A stretch of 64,000 nt of DNA from Planctomycetota bacterium (GCA_965223545.1 OZ245006.1:3424001-3488000), one strand, 5' to 3'; shown: positions 1 to 10,396, counted from the stretch's first letter. Translations and numbers: made by a program. The notes: generated by a model from the letters alone, not told the origin.

Positions 1-1350
1 CATCGCCCCACTCTGGATCTTGAGGAGGTAGCGCCCGGGCGCAACCCGAGCGGAGTAGGGCAGCGTGCGGCGGCCGAGGCGCAGAACCCGCGGCGCCAAT
101 GCCGGGTGAGGCGGGCGCTCGAGCCCGAGCAAACTCACGCTCACCTCGGCGTCGCGCCCGATGCCATCAGCTTCGATGTGGAGCTGCACCGGCTCGTGCA
201 CCGCGAGGTCGCCGAAATCGAGCTCCTGCCCCGGCGCCAACTCGAAGCGCACCGGCGCCACGACGCGGTCTGCCGTTGCCACGTCGAGGTACAGCGTTCC
301 CGGCCGCAGGTGGCGCAGAGTAATCCGACCGTCTGCGCCCACGGGATCGCCCTGCCGATAGCTCTGCGCGTCGTTGACGCCGACGCGCGCCTCCGTGACC
401 GGCGTGCCCGTCGCGCCGTCGACCAGCCGCAGCTTCACCGAACCCAAGCTGCCGAACACGTCGTCCAACGGAACGACCAACGAGACCTCGGCCTGGCCGA
501 CGTCCACCGGCACGGTGGCCAACACTGCCGTCCGCAGCACGGCGCTGACGTGCAGCGCCTGGTCCCCCGGCAATTCCAACAGTCCGTCGTGGCGCGCGTC
601 GAGCCGGGCCCCGGACCGCGGACCAAACCCACCTGCAGCCACCCACCGGCCGACGCCGTGCGAGGACTGGCGCGCGGACGTCGGCGGCAGCGACGAGGGC
701 GGCGGCTCCACCGTGGCGATGGCCGACAGCTCGACTCGACGCGCCAGCGCACCATTCTTCACCAGCCGTCGCAACGCACCCGGAAGCCGCTCGCCGTCGG
801 GGGCGACGAAGCTGACGCGCAGCTCCCAGACGGGCTCGAGCACGACGTCGCAGCGGATCGCGTCTCCTTCACCTCTCACCTCGACTTGCCGCTCGTGGTC
901 CTCGAAACCCGCGGCGGTAACGGCCAAGTGATACGCCCCCGGCCGGAGCCCCGGCATCGCGAAGAACCGCGATCCCGCGCGCAGGAGCGAGAACCCCACT
1001 CGCTCGCGACTGTCCGCTTGGTACAGGGCAACGCGCGCTTCGGCCACCGCCTCACCTTTTGGGTCGGCAATGCTGCCGTAGACCATCGCCGGAGCGTTGG
1101 AGGCCGGAGCTGGGGAGTCCGGCTCGCGCGCACTGACTGGTACCGCGGGCCCGAGGGGTGCGGGCGCCGGCTCACCGCTCGAGCTCGCCCCGGTGCGGGA
1201 ACCCACCGCCGGCGGCGCTGCAGCAGGCCGGTCGTCCGGCGCCGGAATCACACCGCTGGGCCACCACAGGGCGGCGCCAAGCAGAACGATCAAGCCCGCC
1301 TTGAGCACGGCGAGCCACTGCAGCGCGCGCTTCAGCGCAGACGACGTCAT
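1..1350 (-). CDS. Membrane-anchored carboxypeptidase-regulatory-like (beta-sandwich repeat) protein, runs off the left edge of the window
   Basis: ATG at 1350 overlaps the stop of the upstream gene (ATGA). Reads MTSSALKRALQWLAVLKAGLIVLLGAALWWP (TM), then a Pro/Ala linker and VYGSIADPKGEAVAEARV, with VAPGRYLLKIQ near position 1. Absent from the ORF track, consistent with no stop inside the window. Confidence 0.7.
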   Translation of the reverse strand, partial: MTSSALKRALQWLAVLKAGLIVLLGAALWWPSGVIPAPDDRPAAAPPAVGSRTGASSSGEPAPAPLGPAVPVSAREPDSPAPASNAPAMVYGSIADPKGEAVAEARVALYQADSRERVGFSLLRAGSRFFAMPGLRPGAYHLAVTAAGFEDHERQVEVRGEGDAIRCDVVLEPVWELRVSFVAPDGERLPGALRRLVKNGALARRVELSAIATVEPPPSSLPPTSARQSSHGVGRWVAAGGFGPRSGARLDARHDGLLELPGDQALHVSAVLRTAVLATVPVDVGQAEVSLVVPLDDVFGSLGSVKLRLVDGATGTPVTEARVGVNDAQSYRQGDPVGADGRITLRHLRPGTLYLDVATADRVVAPVRFELAPGQELDFGDLAVHEPVQLHIEADGIGRDAEVSVSLLGLERPPHPALAPRVLRLGRRTLPYSARVAPGRYLLKIQSGAM

Positions 1351-2966
1351 CGATCGATCTCCAGGTGCAGCGTGGCGGCGCGGGCTTCGAGCGGGACCCG
1401 CTGCAGCAGCGCATCCGCGTCGTCGTGTACTTCGGCCATGTAGTCGCCGGGCGGGACCGACAACGTCACTTGCGACCAACGCGGCTCGATCCGCGCCGCC
1501 GCCACCGGGACGCCGCCCCCGTCCCGAACGGTGACCGTGCACCCCGCCAACGGATCGCGCAGTCGGGCCACGATCTCCACCGCGCGCGCCAGTCGAATCT
1601 CGAGCGGCTCGGCGGAAGCCTGGCGACCGTCGACCACCGCGACCCCGATCAGGCCGCCGTCGGCGCGCGCCCGCACCACGTAGCGCCGGGGCCCGGCGCG
1701 GATCTCAAACACCCCCGCACCGTCCGCCCGCGCGTTCCGCCGACTGACGAGTTCACGCGGGAAGTCCATCGTGTCGAGCGCGGTCCATTGCAGCATCGCC
1801 GCGCACGGGACCCCGTCGGGCCCTACGGTGCGGCCGCCGATCGTGACCGGCGGATACAGCAGAAAGTCGCCGAGGTCGACCGCGCCGCTGGCAGGCACGC
1901 GGACCAAATCCCAAAGCGCCTCGTAGCTCTGCGACCGCACTTCGAGGGAGTTCAGGCCCGGCGGCACCCCGTCGACCAGCAGGCGCCCGGAAGCATCCGG
2001 CGCGCCCCCCACCCCGCCACCCTGCGCGCTGGACAACCCCACGTAGACGCCATCGGTAATCGGCTGACCAGACACCCCGTCCACGAGCCGCATCGCGACC
2101 GAGCCGAGCAACGCGGCGACGGTATCGGCTGCCACTTCGAAACGAACCTCGGCCTGGCCCGCCGCGATCGGCTGCTGCGCCACGAGCACGTGTCGGAACA
2201 GGAGCGCTACGTTCGCCGGCGGCGGGCGGTCGAGCTGCAACTTCCCGTCCGGCACATCGTCGCCCGCCGCCGGCGCGCCGATCCCACGCGCGCTGGTGTA
2301 CCGGCCGATTCCCACGTCGCCGACCGTGGTGTTGTCGGTGACCGGTAGATCGCCGTGCAGCGGTTGCGCAGTGGCGACGATCCAAAGCCCCCGCTGGCTG
2401 CGGCCCGCCGCGGAGACCACCTCGAGCGGCTCACCCGTGGGTGTGCGCACGAACACGTCGACCGCGTGCGCGCGCGCCAGTGCCAAGTCGGCCGCCTGCA
2501 GCGGCGCGCCGCGCACGACCAACTCCTCGCGGTAGCGCGCGAACCCATCGGCTGTGGCGCGAACCTCCCACGTTCCCGAGGCCAGGCCACCGACGGCGAA
2601 ACAGTCCTCCGACACGGTCGCGCGCTGGACCGCCGAGCCGCGGCGAAAATGCACGTACGCATCCTCGGGGGGATCACCGCCGTCCGCCGCTACCAGTCGC
2701 CCGCGAACGAACACACTCGCTCCGGCTCCGGTGGGCGCCACTGCGGCGCGCGCGGCGGTCGCGGTCCGCGGCGCACCTTCGTCTCTCGCCGTTGGGTGCC
2801 CGGGTACCGCGCTACCCTGCATCGAAGTCGACGCCGATTCCGCCCCCGCGTCGTGCGCCGGCGGCAGCTGCGGCGGCAACGCGCCGCGCGAGCGCGACCA
2901 CCACAGCGCGACGAGCACCGCGAGCACCAACGTCTCCGCAATCAACAACAGCTGTAGGCCGCGCAT
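1347..2966 (-). CDS. Membrane-anchored carboxypeptidase-regulatory-like domain protein
   Basis: Start re-assigned to MRGLQLLLIAETLVLAVLVALWW, which has a GAGAGGAG RBS. Repeats of the type VRGRLVAADG..GLASGTWEVRATADGFA, IGGRTVGPDGVP and VPPGDYMAEV. Confidence 0.75.
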   Translation of the reverse strand: MRGLQLLLIAETLVLAVLVALWWSRSRGALPPQLPPAHDAGAESASTSMQGSAVPGHPTARDEGAPRTATAARAAVAPTGAGASVFVRGRLVAADGGDPPEDAYVHFRRGSAVQRATVSEDCFAVGGLASGTWEVRATADGFARYREELVVRGAPLQAADLALARAHAVDVFVRTPTGEPLEVVSAAGRSQRGLWIVATAQPLHGDLPVTDNTTVGDVGIGRYTSARGIGAPAAGDDVPDGKLQLDRPPPANVALLFRHVLVAQQPIAAGQAEVRFEVAADTVAALLGSVAMRLVDGVSGQPITDGVYVGLSSAQGGGVGGAPDASGRLLVDGVPPGLNSLEVRSQSYEALWDLVRVPASGAVDLGDFLLYPPVTIGGRTVGPDGVPCAAMLQWTALDTMDFPRELVSRRNARADGAGVFEIRAGPRRYVVRARADGGLIGVAVVDGRQASAEPLEIRLARAVEIVARLRDPLAGCTVTVRDGGGVPVAAARIEPRWSQVTLSVPPGDYMAEVHDDADALLQRVPLEARAATLHLEIDR

Positions 2967-3067
2967 CGGGCACTCCTCTCGGCCTGATCGTAGCAAAGCG
3001 GCGGAACGGGGCGGTGGCGGCATCCACACCGGAAGAGACGCCGCCGCCCGAATTCGCGACGGCGTTT

Positions 3068-3499
3068 CTACGCGCCGGCGCGAGGTCGGCGTGTTCCGAT
3101 CCAGACCGCGACGACTGCGGCAAACGCCGCGAGCAGCGGAATCGCCAGCACCGCGACCTCCTCGTAGCGGAATGGCGCCGGCAGTGCGCCGGCGCTGACG
3201 ATGCCGAACGCCGCCCACGTGACGTGGTCGCGGGCGCGGCCACGGACGAACGGCGCCGCCGCGATCAACACGAACGCGGTGTGGAAGATCAGGAATCCGG
3301 CCGGGCTCTTCTGCCACGCCGCCTGCAGCGAGCCCTCGAAGCGATACAGCCAGACCAGCACCACGTGGCTCGACACCACGAGCGCGGTGAGCGCGGCCAG
3401 CACCGGCCAGCGGCGGCCGGCGATGCGCAGCGCGGTGTCCTTCGCCAGCAGGACGTAGCCGGTACCGGCCAACCCGAAGATCACCGCGTCCTCATGCAT
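3068..3499 (-). CDS. Small integral membrane protein (about 4-5 TM), function unknown
   Basis: 143-aa ORF with several hydrophobic segments, co-oriented with its neighbours. Confidence 0.6.
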   Translation of the reverse strand: MHEDAVIFGLAGTGYVLLAKDTALRIAGRRWPVLAALTALVVSSHVVLVWLYRFEGSLQAAWQKSPAGFLIFHTAFVLIAAAPFVRGRARDHVTWAAFGIVSAGALPAPFRYEEVAVLAIPLLAAFAAVVAVWIGTRRPRAGA

Positions 3500-3591
3500 G
3501 TGGGCGCGACGTTAAGAACGCACGGCGCGTTCGACCACCACCTCGCGCCGCGCCCAGGCGGCGCGGACCGCCCGGCGGCGCGGCGCGCCGC

Positions 3592-4770
3592 CTACTTGGC
3601 CGGCGCCGCCAGCATCTCGGTCGGGTCGATCGCCTCGCGCATCTCGCTGTCGAGCACGAAGGCGTAGCCGGCCTCACCCAACCAGTCGTGGATCAAGTCC
3701 ATCGGCGTGCACAAGCCCATGTGCGGCACCACGACCGGGTTGCCGCGGCCGTGCGTGTAGATCTTGGAGAACACACCGACCAGCTCGCGGGTTTCGGCCA
3801 GGTAGACGCCACCGCCGGAGTTGCCGAAGTAAGTCGGCGCGTTGATCATCCAGTAGTTGGCGCCGTTGAGCTCGTTGTCGGTGCTGCTGATCTCGCCCTG
3901 CGTCGGAATCGGGTCGTTGCCCAGCGGGCAACCCACCGCGTAGATCCGGTCCCAGGTCTGCACGCGGTCCGCCGTCTGCCGCGTCACACAGGCGGCGACG
4001 GATTGGAACTGCTGCTCGGAGCGAAGCCGCATCAACGCCGCGTCGATGCGCTCGTCGTAGCACAGCATGTCGGCGCGCTCCTCGAGCTTGCCGTCCGCCG
4101 TGTAGATCGTCACCGCGATGCCGTCGCGCCGCGCGGTCGGCGTATCCGCCAGGATGTTGCGGATGACGTGGTACGAGGTGAGCACGTAGGTCTCGACCGT
4201 GTCCTTCTTCGGGTTGTGCCGCGAGTAGATCACGGTGCCGGAGCCGACGGTGTCGTCACCGTTGAGCTGCACGGTCGGCGCCAACAGCCGGCGGTTGAGC
4301 ACGCCGACGTCGGGCACGACGCGCTCGGTCAGCACCTCGAGGGTCGAGCGCTGCGCCTCGAGCTCCTCGCGCGCCTGCCGCCCCGAGGCCTCGATCTCGC
4401 GGTGGAAGGCGTCGACGAGCTCGCGGGTGCGCGTCACGTCGCGCTCGATCTGGGTCTGGAAGCGCGCCGCCTCCAGCTTGGTCTCCTCCAGCACCGCGCG
4501 CAGGCGCGCGGTCTCGTACCCCCCGGCCGACGCATCGGCGACGCGCCGCTCGAGGAAGTCGATCTTCTCCTGCAGGGTCGACCACGTGCGCCGATCTGCG
4601 TCGGCGACCTCTTGTGACCGCTCGGCCTGCGCGACCATGCCGTCGACCCGATCGGCCAGCCGCTCGACGCGGGTTTGCTCGCCGCGCAGCTGCTCGATGC
4701 GGTGGTGGTACGAGACCAGCACGACCGCTACCGCGAGGCCGCCCATGACTTCCAGGAGTGTCCGCTTCAT
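3592..4770 (-). CDS. Trypsin-like (S1) serine protease with N-terminal TM anchor and long coiled coil
   Basis: GSGTVI, VLTSYHVI (His), RIDAALM (Asp), FGNSGGG (Ser). N-terminal hydrophobic helix followed by an E/R/L-rich heptad region. Confidence 0.85.
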   Translation of the reverse strand: MKRTLLEVMGGLAVAVVLVSYHHRIEQLRGEQTRVERLADRVDGMVAQAERSQEVADADRRTWSTLQEKIDFLERRVADASAGGYETARLRAVLEETKLEAARFQTQIERDVTRTRELVDAFHREIEASGRQAREELEAQRSTLEVLTERVVPDVGVLNRRLLAPTVQLNGDDTVGSGTVIYSRHNPKKDTVETYVLTSYHVIRNILADTPTARRDGIAVTIYTADGKLEERADMLCYDERIDAALMRLRSEQQFQSVAACVTRQTADRVQTWDRIYAVGCPLGNDPIPTQGEISSTDNELNGANYWMINAPTYFGNSGGGVYLAETRELVGVFSKIYTHGRGNPVVVPHMGLCTPMDLIHDWLGEAGYAFVLDSEMREAIDPTEMLAAPAK

Positions 4771-5025
4771 CGATGTCCGTCTCAGATGTGATGTGCTTCG
4801 ACGCCTGCCCGCGCAGCGACTGAAATCGACGTGAACGCTGTTGGAAGTTGATGCAAAATGGCCCTACCAACTGGGTTACGTCTCCACCCCTCGCCGTCCG
4901 CTGCGCCGCGAGACCGATCGCAAGGGACCTTCTGGCGACGCGGTGACGCGCAGAGCGACACTCTGCGGAGCGCTTCCGCGAAGGCGCGGAGTGGACGCGA
5001 CCACGCCTGCTAAGATCGTCGGGGC

Positions 5026-6279
5026 ATGGCGCTCGCACCGATCCCCGACATCCTGGCCGAGCTGGCCGCCGGCCGGCCCATCATCCTCGTCGACGACCCC
5101 GATCGCGAGAACGAGGGCGATCTGTGCTTCGCGGCACAGCACGCCACGCCGGAGCTGGTCAACCTGCTGGCGCGCGACGCGCGCGGCCTGATCTGTCTGG
5201 CGCTCGACGGCGCCATCTGCGACCAGCTGCACTTGGCACCGCAGCCCCGGCGCAACAACTCACGCTTTCAGACCGCGTTCTTGACCAGCATCGAGGCCGC
5301 GCGGGGGGTGACCACCGGCATCAGCACGGCGGACCGGGCGACGACGATCCGCGCGGCGGTGGCCCCCGGCGCGGTGCCCGAGGATCTCTGCACGCCGGGC
5401 CACGTCTTTCCGCTGCGCGCGCGCGACGGCGGCGTGCTGGTCCGCGCGGGACAGACCGAGGGCATCGTCGACCTGTGCCGGCTCGCGGGTCTGCGGCCGG
5501 CCGGCGTGATCTGCGAGATCATGAACGACGACGGCACCATGGCACGGATGCCACAGCTGGAGGAGTTCGCCGCCAAGCACGACATCAAGATCTGCGCGGT
5601 GGCCGATCTGGTCGAGCACCGCCGGCGCCGCGAGCGCATCATCGAGCGCGTCGCCGCCGCCCGCATGCCCACCGCGCACGGCGACTTCCTCAGCTTCACC
5701 TACAACAGCAAGGTCGACGGCCGCGCCCACGTCGCCCTCACTCTGGGCATCGAAGCACCGGCCGAGGAAGGTGGGCGCTTTCCGCCGATCGACGAGCCGC
5801 TGCTGGTGCGGGTCCACTCGCAGTGCCTGACTGGCGACGTGTTCGGTTCGCTGCGATGCGACTGCGGCGAGCAGCTGCACCACGCGATGCGCACCGTGCA
5901 GGAGGCGGGGCGCGGCATCATCCTGTACATCTCGCAGGAGGGCCGCGGCATCGGCCTGGCGCACAAGATGCGCGCCTACGCGCTCCAGGACCAGGGCTTC
6001 GACACCGTGGAGGCCAACCTGCACCTCGGCTTCAAGGCCGACGAGCGCGAGTTCGGCACCGGCGCCCAGATCCTGCACGACCTCGGCGCGCGCCAGCTTC
6101 GGGTTCTCACCAATAACCCGCGCAAGCTGGCCGGCCTGCAGGGATACGGCCTCGAGGTGGTCGACCAGGTGCCGCTGCGGATCACTCCCAACCCCCATAA
6201 CACCAGGTATTTGGAGACCAAGCGCACCAAGCTGGGTCACCTCCTGGGCCGGCCCGACGAAGTCACGGGAAGAAACTGA
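5026..6279 (+). CDS. ribBA: Bifunctional 3,4-dihydroxy-2-butanone-4-phosphate synthase / GTP cyclohydrolase II
   Basis: DDPDRENEGD, TTGISTADR, PGHVFPL, RVHSQCLTGDVFGSLRCDCGEQL, QEGRGIGL and LTNNPRK motifs. Confidence 0.95.
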   Translation: MALAPIPDILAELAAGRPIILVDDPDRENEGDLCFAAQHATPELVNLLARDARGLICLALDGAICDQLHLAPQPRRNNSRFQTAFLTSIEAARGVTTGISTADRATTIRAAVAPGAVPEDLCTPGHVFPLRARDGGVLVRAGQTEGIVDLCRLAGLRPAGVICEIMNDDGTMARMPQLEEFAAKHDIKICAVADLVEHRRRRERIIERVAAARMPTAHGDFLSFTYNSKVDGRAHVALTLGIEAPAEEGGRFPPIDEPLLVRVHSQCLTGDVFGSLRCDCGEQLHHAMRTVQEAGRGIILYISQEGRGIGLAHKMRAYALQDQGFDTVEANLHLGFKADEREFGTGAQILHDLGARQLRVLTNNPRKLAGLQGYGLEVVDQVPLRITPNPHNTRYLETKRTKLGHLLGRPDEVTGRN

Positions 6280-6303
6280 CGTGGCGACCCTCAAAGGGTC
6301 TCC

Positions 6304-6912
6304 GTGTTCGCCTTGAAGACCAACGACCGCGCCGACGCCGAGCTCATCCAGGAAGTCCTGGAGGGCTGCGAGGATGCGTTCCGCGAGCTGATCGGCCGCT
6401 ACGACGAGCGGCTGTTCCGCTTGCTGGCTCGCTATACGCGCGATCGCATGGAGACCGAGGACCTCGCGCAGGAGGTCTTCGTCAAGGTGTTTCGCAAGCT
6501 ACACACGTTCCAGCAGGACTCGGGCTTCTACACCTGGCTCTACCGCATCGCGATCAACACCGCCTCGGACTACCTGTCGCGCCACAAGCGGCGGCGGTTG
6601 GTGCTGGTCGAGGACGCGACCACCTTCGAGCGCGGCGAGGCCGATGACGACGGCGCCGCGGCTCCGCTGCTCGAAGAGGAGATGCGCGCCGTCACCCGCA
6701 GCGTGCTCGACCGGCTGCCGGAGAAATACCGCACGATCCTGATCCTGCGCGAGTACGAGGAGCAGTCGTACACCGACATGGCGGCGACCCTCGGCTGCAG
6801 CATCGGCACGGTAGAGTCGCGGCTGTTCCGCGCCCGGCGGCGGTTCAAGGAAGCCCTCGAGCGCTGCTATCCCGAGCTCGTCCCACAGATGTACGGAGGG
6901 ACCCAGACATGA
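6304..6912 (+). CDS. ECF (sigma-70 group 4) RNA polymerase sigma factor
   Basis: EDLAQEVFVK, FYTWLYRIAIN (region 2), and LREYEEQSYTDMAATLGCSIGTVESRLFRAR (region 4). Confidence 0.9.
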   Translation: MFALKTNDRADAELIQEVLEGCEDAFRELIGRYDERLFRLLARYTRDRMETEDLAQEVFVKVFRKLHTFQQDSGFYTWLYRIAINTASDYLSRHKRRRLVLVEDATTFERGEADDDGAAAPLLEEEMRAVTRSVLDRLPEKYRTILILREYEEQSYTDMAATLGCSIGTVESRLFRARRRFKEALERCYPELVPQMYGGTQT

Positions 6913-7385
6913 AGCACACCGATTCCGACGAGCGTTTGGTCTCGCGGCTGGTGGACGGCGAGGCCTCCGCCGGCGATCACAGCACCGCGAAGCGCGGCGT
7001 GGCCGGACCATCAGAACGGCTGGCCGAGCTGGTCGACGAGCAGCGCGCCGTGCGCCAGTGGTTTGCCGACAGCCGCCGCGGCGAGCCGGCGGCCGAAGTG
7101 CCGGCCGGGTTTGCCGACGCGGTGCTCGCGCGCACGCGCCGACTGCCGACGCGATCCGAGCTGCGCGCCGAGCTGGCGCCGCTCGGCGAGACCGAGATCG
7201 CCAGTGTGTATCGGGTGATGCGCCGGATCGCGATCGCCGCGGCGCTGATCTTCACGCTGTCGATGGCCGCCTGGGCCGGCTTGATCCGAGCCCCCGACCC
7301 GCAACACCTCGAGGCCTCCGACCTCGACCGCATCCAGCAGATCGATGCCGCGATCGAGGCCGAAGCCCGCCGCCGAGGACGGTGA
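6909..7385 (+). CDS. Putative single-TM anti-sigma factor
   Basis: ATGA overlap with the sigma gene. N-terminal RLVSRLVDGE (anti-sigma-domain-like), PAGFADAVLAR, and one TM (IAIAAALIFTLSMAAWAGLI). Confidence 0.65.
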   Translation: MKHTDSDERLVSRLVDGEASAGDHSTAKRGVAGPSERLAELVDEQRAVRQWFADSRRGEPAAEVPAGFADAVLARTRRLPTRSELRAELAPLGETEIASVYRVMRRIAIAAALIFTLSMAAWAGLIRAPDPQHLEASDLDRIQQIDAAIEAEARRRGR

Positions 7386-7771
7386 ACGGTCTGCGGCGCG
7401 CGATCGCCTTGACGGCGCTGGCGTGCTTCGCCGCCGGCGTCGCGGCCGGGCTGGCCGTGAGCTCCGGCAGTGCCGCGCTCGGCAGCAGCGCGCAAACCGA
7501 ACACGAGGCATTCATCACCAAGCTGGCCGAACGCTACGATCTGCGCGAGCCGCAGGTGCGCGACCTGCGCGCGGTGCTGCTGATGCGCGACGACGAAGTG
7601 ATGCGCATCGCCAACAGCTTCGAGGTCGACCGCTGGCCGCGAGAGGCGCAGAATCAGCTGATCGCGGCGCGGCAGCGCATGCAGAAGCGAATCGAACACA
7701 TCCTGGACGAAGAACAGCGGGCGCGCTACTTGCGTGACTCGGACACCTCCGACGACGACAAAGACGAATAG
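7382..7771 (+). CDS. Exported helical protein (Spy/CpxP-like accessory of the ECF pair)
   Basis: GTG start overlaps the anti-sigma stop (GTGA). Hydrophobic N-terminus; LAERYDLREPQ..IEHILDEEQRARY resembles LTxxQ motifs. Confidence 0.55.
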   Translation: MNGLRRAIALTALACFAAGVAAGLAVSSGSAALGSSAQTEHEAFITKLAERYDLREPQVRDLRAVLLMRDDEVMRIANSFEVDRWPREAQNQLIAARQRMQKRIEHILDEEQRARYLRDSDTSDDDKDE

Positions 7772-7773
7772 CG

Positions 7774-9759
7774 ATGGCGAAGGCAGTTGGTCTGGACCCC
7801 GGCGAGTTCGAGGTCAAGCTGGTCGAGCTGGATGGCTCCTACCGCCGGCCGCGGTTGACGCGCGTCGCCGTGGAGCCGGTCGCCAGCTTGGGCTCCCGAG
7901 AGGCGTTCGCCACCAACATGGCGGACGCGGCACTGCTGGCGTTCGACGAGGCAAGCATCGGCAAGGACGGGTTCGGCATGGCGTTCCCGTGCCGAGAGGC
8001 CGTGCTGCGCCATCTCAACGTGCCGTTCATCGGCCGTGAGAACATCCGCAAGGTCATCAAGTTCGAAGCGGAGGGCTCGATCCACAGCCACAACGTCGAC
8101 GACATGGTCGTCGACTTCGCCACGCTGGAAGAGATCGAGAACGAGACCCACGTGTTGGTGGCGGCGGTGCCGAAGCCGAGCCTGCGCAACACGATGCAGG
8201 CGCTGCAGCGCAACGGCATCGAGCCGGAGACCGTCGACCTCGACACCATGGCACTGTTCACCGCCGCCGAGTGGTGCGGGGCGTTCAACGGCGGCGAGAC
8301 GCCGGAGGCGACCGGCGAAGACGGCGACGCGCTGGCGCCGATCCCGACCAGCAAGCCGGCCCGCTTGGTGCTGGACCTCGGCGCGCGCTCGACGCGCGTG
8401 CTGGTGGTCGTCGACGGCAAGCTCACCGACATGCGCACGCTGCGGACGGGCGCCGACTCGATGGCCGACGAGGTCGGTGCGCTGATGGGCGTCGGCCTCG
8501 CCCAGGCGCGGGAGGCGGTCGAGGAGAGCCTGCGCACGGACGAGGACTTCGTCGTGGTCGGCGGCGAGGACTTGTTCGCGGAAGAAGAGGAGGCCGAGGA
8601 GACCGGCGACGAAGCCGCGCAGCCGGCCGAGGCCGGGGCCGAGGTCGCCGACGACGAGGCGCGCACGCATCTGGTCCCGCACTCCGAGGTCTCCGCGGCG
8701 CGCGATCGGTTCTTGGCGCGGCTGCGGCGCGAGCTGATCCGGTTCATGACCGCGGTGCCGACCGCGGCCAACGTGGAGGCGGTGTTCGTCACCGGCGGCG
8801 CCAGCCAGACTCCAGGGTCGATCGACGTGATCCGCGAGGTGTTCGGCCAAGAGCCGAAGGGGCTGGACCTGCTTGCCAACCTCAACCACAAGCTCGACAG
8901 CGACGAGATCCGCGCGCTCGGCCCCAAGCTGGCGGTTGCCGTCGGCCTCGCGCTGAACACGCTGGGCGGCCGCGCGAGCTTCAACTTCCGGCAAGAAGAG
9001 CTCGCGTTCACCAAGGGGTTCGACCGCGTCAAGTTCCCGCTGGCGATCGCCTGCATGCTGCTGCTGTTCTTGGCGCTGATGTTCGGCATGCGCTCGTGGC
9101 GCGAGCTGCGGTTGCTCGGCGAGACCTACGGGGCGACCCACTCGGTGACCGAAGAGCAGCGTGCGCGCGGCAAGGTCGAGCGCAAGGCGATCTTCTGGGG
9201 CCACCTGGGCGCCATGGTCAACGAGAACACCTGGTTCGAACGCAACCAGGACTTCGACCGCCGCGCCTACAACCAGCTGGTCGACAAGTTGCTCGCCACC
9301 GAGACGTTCAAGCGCCTACCGGTGGTGCGCCGCGAGCTCGATGACTACTACCGCAACCAGCAGAAGGAGTCGGGCTACTACGCCGACCTGCGCATCGGCT
9401 CGGGGCTCGGCGCCCTCGTCGAGTTTGCAGCGCTGCTGTCAGCCAACGAGGAACAGCTGGGCCGGTATCTGGTGGAGAAGATCGACCTCAAGCTGCCGTT
9501 CAAGGCGGATTCGCGGAGGTTGACCGCCACGATCGTCCTGCGCTCGGACGCGCAGTCGAACTTCCGCGTCAAGTGGCAGCACCTGCAGGACGCACTGCGG
9601 GCTACGTGCGAGTCCGCGGACTCGGTCTTCGACGAGCTGCGCGATAGCAAAGAGGTGCAGCTGTTCGACGAGGGCGGCGATTCCGGTTGCCGATACTCGG
9701 TGACGCTCGGAGTCCGAGCCGACCGCGAATACCCGATCTTTCCGAGGGCGACGTCATGA
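7774..9759 (+). CDS. pilM: PilM-like actin-fold pilus/T2SS assembly protein fused to a TM and a periplasmic (PilN/GspL-like) part
   Basis: AVGLDPGEFEVKLVEL, IKFEAEGSI, VLVAAVPK, LVLDLGARST, VFVTGGAS and LAVAVGLAL, followed by NFRQEELAF, a TM and an extension of about 200 aa. Confidence 0.75.
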   Translation: MAKAVGLDPGEFEVKLVELDGSYRRPRLTRVAVEPVASLGSREAFATNMADAALLAFDEASIGKDGFGMAFPCREAVLRHLNVPFIGRENIRKVIKFEAEGSIHSHNVDDMVVDFATLEEIENETHVLVAAVPKPSLRNTMQALQRNGIEPETVDLDTMALFTAAEWCGAFNGGETPEATGEDGDALAPIPTSKPARLVLDLGARSTRVLVVVDGKLTDMRTLRTGADSMADEVGALMGVGLAQAREAVEESLRTDEDFVVVGGEDLFAEEEEAEETGDEAAQPAEAGAEVADDEARTHLVPHSEVSAARDRFLARLRRELIRFMTAVPTAANVEAVFVTGGASQTPGSIDVIREVFGQEPKGLDLLANLNHKLDSDEIRALGPKLAVAVGLALNTLGGRASFNFRQEELAFTKGFDRVKFPLAIACMLLLFLALMFGMRSWRELRLLGETYGATHSVTEEQRARGKVERKAIFWGHLGAMVNENTWFERNQDFDRRAYNQLVDKLLATETFKRLPVVRRELDDYYRNQQKESGYYADLRIGSGLGALVEFAALLSANEEQLGRYLVEKIDLKLPFKADSRRLTATIVLRSDAQSNFRVKWQHLQDALRATCESADSVFDELRDSKEVQLFDEGGDSGCRYSVTLGVRADREYPIFPRATS

Positions 9760-10367
9760 GCTGGCTGCGTGAGATGGACCTGTACAAGTGGATCATCACC
9801 TTGTCGCTGTTGCTGCTGGCTCCGGTGTGCTGGTGGGCGTACTCGCTGCAGGGCGAGCTCGAGGTCGCCAAGAAGGCGGTTGCGGACGCCACCAAGCGCG
9901 GCGGTGAAATCGAGCAGATCGGCACTTTGCAGAAGGCCGTGATGGAGCAGCGCCGCTCGACCGTGACGCAGCAGAGTGTCAGTCCCGACGACTTCCAGCT
10001 GTACTTCGACCGGCGGATCCAGGAATCGGCGCGCACGCAGGACAAGGAGAGCGGTGAGTTCCGCCACACCGACTACCGCCTCATCGAGCTGTCCGGGGCT
10101 GGTGCCGGTCAGGGTGCGCGCGACAAGCTGGTCAAGGTCGAGTTTCGGCCGCCGGGCCAACCCGAGAAGCTGCTGTCGCGCAGCTTTCTGTTGGCGATGC
10201 TGTTCAACTGCGAAGCCGGATCCCCGATCTGGAAGCTCCGCGATCTGACCATCAGCAACGCGGACGAGGCGCTCAAGCGCGCCCGCAAGGGCCCGCCGCC
10301 ACCGCAGCTCGACGACGTGTGGAAGGTCGAGAGCATGGTCTTCGCTGCGCGGCAACCCAGTCGCTGA
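9756..10367 (+). CDS. Single-TM coiled-coil protein, PilO/GspM-like by position
   Basis: ATGA overlap with the pilM-like gene. TM (WIITLSLLLLAPVCWWAY), then a coiled coil and a C-terminal alpha/beta region. Confidence 0.55.
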   Translation: MSWLREMDLYKWIITLSLLLLAPVCWWAYSLQGELEVAKKAVADATKRGGEIEQIGTLQKAVMEQRRSTVTQQSVSPDDFQLYFDRRIQESARTQDKESGEFRHTDYRLIELSGAGAGQGARDKLVKVEFRPPGQPEKLLSRSFLLAMLFNCEAGSPIWKLRDLTISNADEALKRARKGPPPPQLDDVWKVESMVFAARQPSR

Positions 10368-10396
10368 GCGAGCTCGAACGGCAGCCTTCTCGCTCG

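Noticed and set aside
4771..5025. Possible FMN riboswitch upstream of ribBA
   Set aside because: The conserved RFN segments (AGGGCGGGGTGAAATTCCC..., AGTCCGGATG) were not found by eye.
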